Part shown: one piece after another, positions 7,719-16,316 of the stretch
Layout of the letters: each line of letters begins with the position of its first letter
Position numbering within the stretch: the first letter of the stretch is position 1
Assembly: GCA_037441385.1 (NCBI GenBank)
Contig: JBBISH010000116.1
Coordinates: 1-20,247 of the forward strand
Source: Myxococcales bacterium
GTDB taxonomy: Bacteria > Myxococcota_A > UBA9042
Reading direction: 5' to 3'
DNA length: 20,247 bases
Notes under the pieces: generated by a model
Database searches by the model: none
The model's input: the letters and a program-made list of their open reading frames with translations, nothing else
Told to the model about the DNA's origin: nothing
Program-made: the position numbers and the translations under genes

Positions 7719-9287
7719 CTACAGCGGGATATTGCCATGCTTCTTGGGCGGGTTGCTCTGGCGCTTGCCAGCCAGCATGCGCAACCCCTGGATCAGGCGC
7801 GGGCGGGTATCCTCGGGCAGCAGCACTTCGTCGATATAGCCCAACTCCGCCGCCTTGAAGGGATTTGCAAACGTGTCGCGGTACTTCTCGGCATACTCTT
7901 TGGCGGCCGCGACCGGATCGGCGGCCTTTTGCAGCTCGCCCTTATAGACGATGTTGACGGCGCCCTCGGGGCCCATCACGGCGATCTCGGCGGTGGGCCA
8001 GGCAAAGTTCAGGTCGGCGCGCACGTGCTTGCTGCCCATCACGTCAAAGGCGCCGCCGTAGGCTTTGCGAGTGATGACGGTCAGTTTGGGCACGGTGGCC
8101 TCGGCATAGGCATAGAGCAGCTTGGCGCCGTGGCGGATGATGCCGCCGTACTCTTGCGAGATGCCGGGCAAGAAGCCAGGCACGTCGACGAACGTGACGA
8201 TCGGGATGTTGAAGGCGTCGCAGAAGCGGACGAAGCGGCCGCCCTTGGTCGAGGCGTCGATGTCGAGGCAACCGGCCAGAAACGCTGGTTGATTGGCGAC
8301 AATGCCGACCGACTCGCCGCCCAGGCGAGCAAAACCGACCACGATGTTCTTGGCGAAGTGCTCGTGGACCTCGAACAGTGTGCCGTCGTCGACGATCGCC
8401 CGGACCACGTCTTTGATGTCGTAGGGTTTGCTGGGATCGTCGGGCACCAGGGTCGCCAGCTTGGGGTCGCGGCGATCGACTGGGTCGGTGGTGGGGCGCT
8501 GCGGCGCCTTTTCCAGGTTGTTTTGCGGAATGAACGTGATCAGCTCGCGGACGGTGGCGATCGCCTGCTTTTCGTCGTCGCAGGCCCAGTGGGCCACACC
8601 CGAGGTGGCCGCGTGGCGCATGGCGCCGCCCAGCTCTTCTTGCGAAACCTCTTCGTGCGTCACGGTCTTGATGACGTCCGGCCCGGTGATGAACATGAAC
8701 GAGGTGTGCTGGGCCATGACGATGAAGTCGGTGATGGCCGGGCTGTACACCGCGCCGCCGGCGCACGGCCCCAAGATCACCGAGATCTGCGGGACCACGC
8801 CCGAGGCCAGGGTGTTGCGCGTGAAGATGTCGGCATAGCCGGCCAGGCTGACCACGCCCTCTTGGATGCGCGCGCCGCCCGAGTCGTTCAGGCCGATCAC
8901 CGGCGCGCCGGTCTTGGTTGCCAAGTCCATGATCTTGCAGATTTTTTCAGCAAACGCGCCCGACAGCGAGCCGCCGAACACTGTGAAGTCCTGGGCGAAC
9001 ACGAACACGGTGCGACCGTGCACCTGGCCGTAGCCGGTCACGACGCCGTCGCCCGGGATCTTCTGCTTGTCCATGCCAAAGTCGGTGCAGCGGTGGGTCA
9101 CCAAGCGGTCCATCTCGACGAAAGTGCCGGTATCCAGAAGCATTTCGATGCGCTCGCGGGCGGTGTTCTTGCCGGCCTGGTGCTGGCGCTCGGCGCGCGC
9201 AGGTCCACCACCGGCCACGGCGGCGGCGTTGAGTTGCGCCAGACGATCCAAAACTTTTTGACGGCGGGTCGGTTGCGACGTGGGCAT
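7719..9287 (-). CDS. pccB: Acyl-CoA carboxylase carboxyltransferase subunit (propionyl-CoA carboxylase beta / methylmalonyl-CoA decarboxylase alpha type), 522 aa
   Basis: [68 protein letters not shown] and C-terminal KKHGNIPL. The substrate cannot be fixed from motifs alone. Confidence 0.93.
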   Translation of the reverse strand: MPTSQPTRRQKVLDRLAQLNAAAVAGGGPARAERQHQAGKNTARERIEMLLDTGTFVEMDRLVTHRCTDFGMDKQKIPGDGVVTGYGQVHGRTVFVFAQDFTVFGGSLSGAFAEKICKIMDLATKTGAPVIGLNDSGGARIQEGVVSLAGYADIFTRNTLASGVVPQISVILGPCAGGAVYSPAITDFIVMAQHTSFMFITGPDVIKTVTHEEVSQEELGGAMRHAATSGVAHWACDDEKQAIATVRELITFIPQNNLEKAPQRPTTDPVDRRDPKLATLVPDDPSKPYDIKDVVRAIVDDGTLFEVHEHFAKNIVVGFARLGGESVGIVANQPAFLAGCLDIDASTKGGRFVRFCDAFNIPIVTFVDVPGFLPGISQEYGGIIRHGAKLLYAYAEATVPKLTVITRKAYGGAFDVMGSKHVRADLNFAWPTAEIAVMGPEGAVNIVYKGELQKAADPVAAAKEYAEKYRDTFANPFKAAELGYIDEVLLPEDTRPRLIQGLRMLAGKRQSNPPKKHGNIPL

Positions 9288-9486
9288 GGGCTACCTGCGG
9301 GGGCGCGCAAAAGATGCGGGCGCGCCTGTTTAGCCCGGTTGGCGAGCGGATTCAAGCGCACGGCAAATTCACTTCTACATGCCACCAGGAGCATATATAA
9401 GAAAAATCGCACGGTAGAAAATGGCCGCCAGCCTATGCTAGCCTCCGGCTTCGCGTTTTGCGCCGCCACCGCCACTGGGAGACGAG

Positions 9487-11037
9487 ATGACCGCTGCCGC
9501 TGCCGCACCGAGCCAAAAGACCTTCATGGGCCACCCGGTTGGCCTGTTCGTCCTGTTTTTTACCGAGATGTGGGAGCGCTTTTCGTACTACGGGATGCGC
9601 GGGCTGTTGAAGCTGTACTTGGCCAACTACCTGCTGGTCGGGATTCGCCAAACGTATCAGGGGCGTGCCTTCGACGCCACCGGCAATCCTGACGCCGTCG
9701 TCGGCTGGAGCCTGCTGAAAAAGCTACTGCCGACCACGGACTTGAGTCATGCGGGGCAATGCATCAATACCCAGGTTTCGGCGCTGATGGCCGGCGACCC
9801 GGCCAAGAAGGTGGCACCGGTAGCGGCGGACCTGGCCCACAAGATCGCCGAGCAGTACTGCGCGATCGAGCCGAATTCGTCCCTAATTTACGGCATCTAT
9901 ACTAGCCTGGTCTATGTCACTCCGCTGCTGGGCGGCTGGTTGGCGGACAAGTATTTGGGCCAACGCAAGTCCGTCTTCATTGGCGGTGCGGTGATGGCGG
10001 CCGGTCAGTTCCTGCTGTTTGGCCAAGAGGATGCCTTCTTTGTGGCGCTGCTGCTCTTGATCGTGGGCAACGGCTTCTTCAAGCCCAACATCTCAACCCA
10101 GGTGGGCGCGCTGTACCCCGAAGGCGATCCCCGCCGCGACGGCGCCTTCACCATCTTCTACATGGGCATCAACCTGGGCGCCTTCCTATGCAATTTCGTC
10201 GCGGGCACGCTGGCGGTGGTCTGGGGCTGGCGGTGGGGCTTCTTGTCGGCCGGCGTGGGCATGGTGATTGGCCTATTGGTGCAATTCTTTGGCGGCAAGT
10301 ACCTGGCCCCGGATTCGCTAGAGCAACGCAAGGCCGCGGCCGAAGCTGGGCAGACAACCAGCCAAGAGGCCCATCAGCCCCTGACCAGCGGCGAGTGGAA
10401 GCGCGTGTGGGCGCTGGTCGCGCTTTGTCTCTTGAACGTCATCTTCTGGGCGGTCTACGAACAGCAGGGCAACACGATGCAGACGTGGGCGGATCAGCAG
10501 ACCAATTGGCCCGTCATCGCCGGGTTCCAGGTGCCCTCGACCTGGTTCCAATCGCTCAACCCGTTCTTCATCTTCACGTTGGCACCCGTGTTGGAAATGA
10601 TTTGGCGCAATCAGGCCGCTAAGGGCAAGGAACCCTCCAGCGTGGCCAAGATGATCATCGGCTGCTTCGTGCTGGGCCTATCGTTCTTGGTCATGATCGT
10701 CGGCGCGCGGGCCATCGGCGACGGCAAGGGCAGCCCGCTGTGGTTGGTAGCGTGCACGCTGATGCTGACCATCGGCGAGCTCTACCTATCGCCAATTGGC
10801 CTGTCGTTGGTCACCAAGGTGAGCCCGGCCAGCATCGTCTCGTTCATGATGGGCATGTGGTTCCTGTCGAGCTTTATCGGCAACTTCGTCTCGGGCTACA
10901 TCGGCCAGTTCTACACGTCGATGAGCAAGGACGTCTTTTTTGGGATGCTCATGGTCTTGGGCTTTACGGCGGGCGCCATGATGTGGGCTGTGAACAAGCC
11001 GCTCAAGCGCGCCATGGGCACCCACGACCCGTCCTGA
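9487..11037 (+). CDS. Proton-dependent oligopeptide transporter (POT/PTR family, MFS), 516 aa
   Basis: GHPVGL..LFFTEMWERFSYYGMR (ExxERFxYY), GGWLADKYLG, GNGFFKPNIS, FTIFYMGINLGA (PTR2), WFQSLNP, GELYLSPIGLS. Multiple TM helices. Confidence 0.96.
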   Translation: MTAAAAAPSQKTFMGHPVGLFVLFFTEMWERFSYYGMRGLLKLYLANYLLVGIRQTYQGRAFDATGNPDAVVGWSLLKKLLPTTDLSHAGQCINTQVSALMAGDPAKKVAPVAADLAHKIAEQYCAIEPNSSLIYGIYTSLVYVTPLLGGWLADKYLGQRKSVFIGGAVMAAGQFLLFGQEDAFFVALLLLIVGNGFFKPNISTQVGALYPEGDPRRDGAFTIFYMGINLGAFLCNFVAGTLAVVWGWRWGFLSAGVGMVIGLLVQFFGGKYLAPDSLEQRKAAAEAGQTTSQEAHQPLTSGEWKRVWALVALCLLNVIFWAVYEQQGNTMQTWADQQTNWPVIAGFQVPSTWFQSLNPFFIFTLAPVLEMIWRNQAAKGKEPSSVAKMIIGCFVLGLSFLVMIVGARAIGDGKGSPLWLVACTLMLTIGELYLSPIGLSLVTKVSPASIVSFMMGMWFLSSFIGNFVSGYIGQFYTSMSKDVFFGMLMVLGFTAGAMMWAVNKPLKRAMGTHDPS

Positions 11038-11091
11038 CCCTGGGGCTGCGTGACGATTGAATGAAGGTGAAGCGTTGAGCCGTCGCGGCCG

Positions 11092-11119
11092 TTGAATACC
11101 CGCCCGATTGGCGTAGTCT
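11092..11119 (+). promoter_or_regulatory. Candidate sigma70-type promoter for the PEGA/lectin gene pair
   Basis: TTGAAT-16 nt-TAGTCT in the intergenic region upstream of ATG 11182. Motif match only. Confidence 0.3.
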
Positions 11120-11181
11120 TGCGCGTTGGCCCGCGCCGATCGCGCGGCCACCCCATCCCCCTCGACCACGGAACTGGAGCG

Positions 11182-12381
11182 ATGACGAACACCTGGAGCA
11201 ACTGGATTCTCAATAGCTTGCTGATGGCCAGCCTGGTCGCGCCCGCGGTGGCGCACACAGTCGAAGCGGCGGAAGATCCGGGTCGGCCGCGCCTGCTGGT
11301 GGTGCCGCCCGCGCCCATCGGCGAGGTGTCGGTGGTGCAGCTCAAGCGCATTGGCAAGGGCCTGGCGGACCAGCTCAAGACCTCGCCGGTATTCGATGTC
11401 GTGACTGACAAAGACAAGGTCGCGCAAAAGACGGACGGCAAGAAGAACGCCCCCAAGACCAGCGCGGCCAGCAAGCGCATCGACGCCGCCGACGCCGTCC
11501 GCCAAGAGGGCATGAACCTGCAGGCAGAGGGCAAGTACAAGGAAGCGCTGGACAAGTTCGGCGATGCCGTGGGCCTGTACGAGCGGGCGTACCTGGAGCT
11601 GGTCGATTACGGCAACCTGGCCTCGTCGTACACCGGCGCGGGCGTGTCGGCGTTCTATGCCGGGCGGCCGGCGGCGGAAGTGGCGCACTGGTTCGAGCTG
11701 GGCATCGCGATTTTGCCGACCCTGGTCATCGATCGCCGCAAGCAGGACAAGGCGCTGCTCGAACTGTTCGACAAGACCCACGAGCAGATGGACAAGCTGC
11801 CCAAGCTGAACCTGGTCATCGACGGACCGACCACCGATGGTGTGGAAGCCTATGTCGACGGCGTGAAAATTGGCCCCCTGCCGGCCAAGGCGACCGGCCT
11901 GGTGCCCGGCGTGCACTACGCGCAGATCCACGGCGAGGGCTTTGTGCCGTGGGGAACGGTGGTCCATGTGCGCGGCAAAGACGCCAAGGTGACGGCCAAG
12001 ATCGCGGCCATCAAGGTGGAAGAGAAGAAGGTCGAAGCGCCTGTGACCGTAGAGGTCTTGGCGGACTGCGCCCGCTTTGGCGGCTTCCATCTGCCGGTGT
12101 GCAAGGGCCCGGCGCCCAAGCTGGCCCGGCAAGTGGGTGCGAATTTCTTTGTGTTCGCTGGCATCAAGCTGGACCGCTTCAACCGGCCGACCGTGCACGC
12201 CTTTGTCATGGACACAGCTGAGTTGCTGACGGTGTCGATCAAGCCCCAAGAGCTGGCGGCGGACCTGGGCGATCTGAACCGGAAGATGGAAGAGCTAGAG
12301 GCTGACGTGAGCAAAGCGGTCGAGAGCTTCCCCAAAGCCAAGGCTCTGCAGAAGGTGCCGGCGGTGTGGTCGGCCAAGTGA
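11182..12381 (+). CDS. Secreted PEGA-domain protein with TPR-like helical region, 399 aa
   Basis: GGAG RBS before ATG 11182; signal peptide. Helical segment QEGMNLQAEGKYKEALDKFGDAV, then PEGA-like LNLVIDGPTTDGVEAYVDGVKIG...GLVPGVHYAQIHGEGFVPWGTVVHV. This architecture is common in myxobacteria. Confidence 0.75.
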   Translation: MTNTWSNWILNSLLMASLVAPAVAHTVEAAEDPGRPRLLVVPPAPIGEVSVVQLKRIGKGLADQLKTSPVFDVVTDKDKVAQKTDGKKNAPKTSAASKRIDAADAVRQEGMNLQAEGKYKEALDKFGDAVGLYERAYLELVDYGNLASSYTGAGVSAFYAGRPAAEVAHWFELGIAILPTLVIDRRKQDKALLELFDKTHEQMDKLPKLNLVIDGPTTDGVEAYVDGVKIGPLPAKATGLVPGVHYAQIHGEGFVPWGTVVHVRGKDAKVTAKIAAIKVEEKKVEAPVTVEVLADCARFGGFHLPVCKGPAPKLARQVGANFFVFAGIKLDRFNRPTVHAFVMDTAELLTVSIKPQELAADLGDLNRKMEELEADVSKAVESFPKAKALQKVPAVWSAK

Positions 12382-14345
12382 GTAGAAGTGCAGCCATTTT
12401 GGCGATGACGGCCTGGCTGTTGGTCAGTTGCGGCAGCTCCGACGCGCCCAGCACCGCCGCCAAGACCGACAGCAGCAGCGCCGACAGTGCCCATACAGAT
12501 GGGGCCAGCGGCGATGGGGCTACCCAGGACGCCGCCGCAGCGGACCCCTGCCCCGGCGGCGAGGGCTGCCCGTGCCAAAGCGACACCGACTGCAACGACA
12601 AGGACCCGTGCACCATTCGCGGCACCTGCGTCGACGGCGCGTGCACGGCGCCGACCGCCAAGCCCTGCGACGACGGCAACCAGTGCACCGAAGACTTCTG
12701 CAAGCCCGGCGGCGCCTGCGGCAGCAAGCCTACCGCCAGCTGGTGCAGCGACGGCAACCCGTGCACCGTGGGCGACACTTGCCAAGGCGGGGCGTGCACT
12801 TCGGGCGCCGCCAAGGACTGCGGCGACGACAACCCGTGCACCGATGACAGCTGCGTCGTGGGCCAAGGCTGCCAATACGTGGCCAACACCATCGAGTGCA
12901 TCGCCGAAAACGCCTGCTCGGAGACCAGCTACTGCTCGCTGGGCAGCTGCGAACAAGGCAAAGCCAAGCCCTGCGACGACAACAACCCGTGCACGTGGAA
13001 CAGCTGCGACCCCGTAACCGGCTGTCTGTACGTGGGAATTCCGGGAGCAGCTACGTGCACGGACGGCGAACTGTTCGCCGGTCGCTGCTGGAAGGCCATG
13101 AAACAAGACACCACCTGGGGCAAAGCGCGCGACGCCTGCCATGCCTGGGGCGGCGAGCTGGCCAGCATGCGCAATGCCGCCGACAACAGCGCCCTGCGCA
13201 AAGCCGCCGACCAAGCCTGCGGCGCCGTGCCGGCATTCTTTGGCCTGAACGACATCGCCATCGAGGGCAAATACCGGTGGATCGACGGCGAAAACAGCAA
13301 CTACAGCAACTTCCACAGCGGCGAACCCAACAACGCCGGCAACGAAGACGTGGTCGAGATCTACGCGGACGGGACGTGGAACGACCTGCCCGAAAGCGCG
13401 ACCCTGGCGTGTGCGGTCTGTAGCCGCTGGGCCAGCTACCCCTGCGACGACGGCGAACCCTGCACCGCGCCGACCGTCTGCGAGAAAGGCGCCTGCCTGC
13501 CCGCGACCGTGACGCCCAGCTGCGACGACGGCAACCCCTGCACCCTGGACGGCTGCGCCGTGGGCTTGGGTTGCGGCAACACCCCCAGCGACGACGGCAG
13601 CGCCTGCGGCGGCACTGGAGCTTGTTTGGGTGGGTACTGCGTCCTCCCGGCCGGCGACACCACCCCCACCAACTGCGCCGAGCTGCCCAAAGACGCCACC
13701 AGCGGCGTGTACTGGCTGGACTTGGACGGTCCGGGCGAGGCGACACCGACCCAGGTCTACTGCGACATGCAGGGCGACGGTGGCGGCTGGGCGCTGGTCT
13801 TGGAGGTGGACGGCAGCCAGGAAGACAGCGCCTACGACAGCCCGGTCTGGTTGGGCACTTCGCCAGAGCTGACCGCGCCGCCGTGGCCAACCAAGATAAC
13901 TGCCCGTCTCAAGGGTTATGCGGTCACCAAGCTCAAGGACATCCGCGTGGTGTTCGTGGTCGACGGCGTGGCGCGCAGCATGGTCATCGCCAGCGGCGGT
14001 CCCGGGGGCGGCCAAGGGCCCACCCTGCACCAGCTGCTGACGGGCCCCAAAATCAGCACGGGTCTCAGCGTGTTGGACTGGGAAGGTCTGCTGCCCAAGG
14101 GCACGCTGCAAGGCAACTGCCTGACCCAAGGCTTCCAGGTCGAAGCCAGTGGCGTCAAGCTGCGCCTGGGCATCTTTGGCAACAACGAGAACGATTGCGA
14201 CAGCGTCGACTCGTGGATCGGCATCGGCAGCTCGGGCGGGCCGTGTGGGGTCCAGGCCCCGCCCGGCGCGGGCAACGTGGCGTGTTGGGGCGGCGATCAT
14301 GGCAGCGCCAAAGTGCCAGCGATGGTCTACGTGTACGTGAGGTAG
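12378..14345 (+). CDS. Cys-rich lipoprotein: CTDC-like repeats + C-type lectin domain + fibrinogen-like (YCDxxxxGGGW) C-terminal domain, 655 aa
   Basis: GTG start overlapping the upstream TGA (GTGA). Lipobox LLVSC, Ser/Asp/Ala linker, CxDxNPCTxDxC repeats, CTLD (TWGKARDAC..WGGELAS...FGLND...EGKYRW.DG...EPNN...WND), then SGVYWLD...VYCDMQGDGGGWALV. Confidence 0.88.
   Translation: MSRSAAILAMTAWLLVSCGSSDAPSTAAKTDSSSADSAHTDGASGDGATQDAAAADPCPGGEGCPCQSDTDCNDKDPCTIRGTCVDGACTAPTAKPCDDGNQCTEDFCKPGGACGSKPTASWCSDGNPCTVGDTCQGGACTSGAAKDCGDDNPCTDDSCVVGQGCQYVANTIECIAENACSETSYCSLGSCEQGKAKPCDDNNPCTWNSCDPVTGCLYVGIPGAATCTDGELFAGRCWKAMKQDTTWGKARDACHAWGGELASMRNAADNSALRKAADQACGAVPAFFGLNDIAIEGKYRWIDGENSNYSNFHSGEPNNAGNEDVVEIYADGTWNDLPESATLACAVCSRWASYPCDDGEPCTAPTVCEKGACLPATVTPSCDDGNPCTLDGCAVGLGCGNTPSDDGSACGGTGACLGGYCVLPAGDTTPTNCAELPKDATSGVYWLDLDGPGEATPTQVYCDMQGDGGGWALVLEVDGSQEDSAYDSPVWLGTSPELTAPPWPTKITARLKGYAVTKLKDIRVVFVVDGVARSMVIASGGPGGGQGPTLHQLLTGPKISTGLSVLDWEGLLPKGTLQGNCLTQGFQVEASGVKLRLGIFGNNENDCDSVDSWIGIGSSGGPCGVQAPPGAGNVACWGGDHGSAKVPAMVYVYVR
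12591..13025 (+). repeat. Six tandem Cys-rich peptide repeats (three alternating pairs), Dictyostelium CTDC / myxobacterial type
   Basis: CNDKDPCT..., CDDGNQCTEDFC, CSDGNPCTVGDTC, CGDDNPCTDDSC, CIAENACSETSYC, CDDNNPCTWNSC. In DNA, GAC(G/A)(G/A)CAACCCGTGCAC-like words recur. A fourth pair follows the lectin domain at about 13443-13574. Confidence 0.85.
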
Positions 14346-14480
14346 CGACCTCTGGCTGCCCGCAGGCCTGCAAAAGCGACGGGTAAAACTCTGGATAGTT
14401 CGGGGTTTCGCTGGGATATGCCCCGGCAGCCGTCAGCAATGGCTTGACCATCCGGCCACTTTGGGCGCAAGGTACTGCCC

Positions 14481-16307
14481 ATGGGAATCGGCGAATCGAC
14501 GGCCATGCCTCGCGAAGCTGGCGCCACGGCGCCGCAGCCGGCCTACACGACGGCCGGGGTGCTGCGGCGTTGGCAGCAGGCGACGTCGGAGCTGATCGAT
14601 TGGCTGACGCCCAAGCTGACCGACCGCGACGATCTGCTGCGCGCACGCTTTTGCGTGCAAGGCTGGCTCATCGCCTGGCCGTTGGCGCTGATGTGGGCGG
14701 TGATCTATGGCCTGACGACGGACATCGTAGGTCAAGTGGCTTTGAACGGCTTGGCCTTGGCGGTGGGGCCAGTGGTGCTCTGGAACCTGCGGCGCGACGG
14801 CCGCTGGCGCTTGTGGACCCATGTCTCGCTGTCCATGGGCCTGCTCCTGTGGGGCTTGGGCATCCTGGCGCAAACGCCCATCGACGAGACGAACCTCTGC
14901 TTCTTGCTGACGGTGCCCCTGCTGGCTAGCTTTGCCTTTGATCAACGCGATTCGGCGCGCTGGGCCGTGCTGACCGCCCTGCTGGCGGTGCTGGTGCTGG
15001 TCGCGGGCAATTCGGGCTATTCCCTGCCGGGTCACGACCCATCGCCTTTGCTGTCCAAGTGCCTCAACACGGCATTTGCCTTGCTGCTCATCTGGGCGTT
15101 TGCCCACCGCTTCGACCGACTGCGCGTTGAGGCGCGGCGGCGCATCGAAGAAGCCAGTCGCGCCAAAAGTGTGTTTCTGGCGGCCATCAGCCACGAAATC
15201 CGTACTCCCATGAACGGGGTACTGGGGATGACCGAGCTGATGCTCGACGAAGTCCAGGACCCGCACCAGCGCGAACAGCTGCTGGTGGTCCAGCGCAGTG
15301 GCGAGGTGATGGTCGCCCTGATCAACGACTTGCTGGACCTGACCAAGCTGGAGGAGCGCAAACTGACCCTGGAGTGTGTCCCCGTGTCGCTGGACGCGCT
15401 CTTGGGGGACCTGACGCACTTGTACTCCGCTGTGGCCCACGGCAAGGGGCTGGATCTTCAGGTGCGGCGGGCTCCCGATGCTCCGTCGCACGTGCAGGGC
15501 GACCCGGTGCGCTTGCAGCAGCTGCTGGGCAATCTGATCAGCAACGCCCTGAAGTTCACGCTGCAAGGGGGCGTGTGCGTGGATGTGAGCCGCGAGCACG
15601 GCGCGGACCGCGAAGGTTGGCTGCGCTTTGCCGTTCGCGACACCGGCATCGGCATCGCGCCCGAGTCCCTGCCGCGGCTGTTCGACCTATTCGAGCAGGC
15701 CGAGGCATCGACGGCGCGGCGCTTTGGCGGCTCTGGGCTTGGGTTGCCCCTGGCCCAGCAGCTGGCAGAGCGCATGGGCGGCGTGGTCGAGGCGGAATCG
15801 ACCCCCGGCGTTGGCTCGTGTTTCTCGGCCGTTCTGCCCCTGTTGGCCGCTCCTGTGGCCGCCAAGAAGGCGCCCAAGACCGACGAAAAGCCAAGCTCGC
15901 CGTTCGTGGACCTACCCGTGCTGGTGGTGGACGATAACCCCGTGAACCTGATGGTGATCGCCCGGCTGGTCGAAAAGGCGGGAGGCCGGCCCACCCGCGC
16001 CAGCAGCGGCGCAGAGGCCCTCAATCTCATCCAGACCCACGATTTTGCGCTAGTTTTGATGGATTGCCACATGCCCGAAATGGACGGGTTCGAAGTGGTG
16101 CGGCGCATCCGCGCGTTGCCCGGTCCCCGCGGCAAGGTACCCGTGTTTGCGGTCACCGCCTCGGCGGCGCCCGACGACCTGCAAGCCTGCTTTGATGCAG
16201 GGATGGACCAAGTGCTGTCCAAACCCCTGGCGCTGAGCGCGTTGCGCCCGGCGCTGGCGGCCGCGGCGGGATTGGCCCAGACCGCACCGGCGCCGTCCCC
16301 GGCATAG
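14481..16307 (+). CDS. Membrane-bound hybrid sensor histidine kinase (about 6 TM - HisKA - HATPase - REC), 608 aa
   Basis: H-box FLAAISHEIRTPMNGVLGM, N-box LQQLLGNLISNALKFT, G1 VRDTGIGI, G2 GGSGLGL. Receiver VLVVDDNPVN...LVLMDCHMPEMDG...VTAS...KP. Alternative start at ATG 14505. Confidence 0.95.
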   Translation: MGIGESTAMPREAGATAPQPAYTTAGVLRRWQQATSELIDWLTPKLTDRDDLLRARFCVQGWLIAWPLALMWAVIYGLTTDIVGQVALNGLALAVGPVVLWNLRRDGRWRLWTHVSLSMGLLLWGLGILAQTPIDETNLCFLLTVPLLASFAFDQRDSARWAVLTALLAVLVLVAGNSGYSLPGHDPSPLLSKCLNTAFALLLIWAFAHRFDRLRVEARRRIEEASRAKSVFLAAISHEIRTPMNGVLGMTELMLDEVQDPHQREQLLVVQRSGEVMVALINDLLDLTKLEERKLTLECVPVSLDALLGDLTHLYSAVAHGKGLDLQVRRAPDAPSHVQGDPVRLQQLLGNLISNALKFTLQGGVCVDVSREHGADREGWLRFAVRDTGIGIAPESLPRLFDLFEQAEASTARRFGGSGLGLPLAQQLAERMGGVVEAESTPGVGSCFSAVLPLLAAPVAAKKAPKTDEKPSSPFVDLPVLVVDDNPVNLMVIARLVEKAGGRPTRASSGAEALNLIQTHDFALVLMDCHMPEMDGFEVVRRIRALPGPRGKVPVFAVTASAAPDDLQACFDAGMDQVLSKPLALSALRPALAAAAGLAQTAPAPSPA

Positions 16308-16316
16308 GTTGGCTTG

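Noticed and set aside
9288..9486. AT-rich divergent intergenic region (GCATATATAAGAAAAATCGC) as a riboswitch, sRNA or sigma54 promoter
   Set aside because: No convincing stem set, operator palindrome or correctly spaced GG-N10-GC motif was found. It is probably an ordinary divergent promoter region whose elements I cannot place.
7737..9692. 651-aa plus-strand ORF, and similar long antisense ORFs (606-1760, 2219-3646, 10786-12249, 11916-14300, 18215-20059)
   Set aside because: These are shadows of well-supported genes on the opposite strand, expected from high-GC codon bias. They show no recognisable motifs.
12591..13574. Recurring ~20 bp words (GACGGCAACCCGTGCAC-like) that might suggest a CRISPR array or a DGR repeat
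   Set aside because: They are degenerate, in frame and encode the CxDxNPCT peptide repeats. No cas or reverse transcriptase gene, and no adenine-specific template/variable repeat pair was seen for the C-type lectin.
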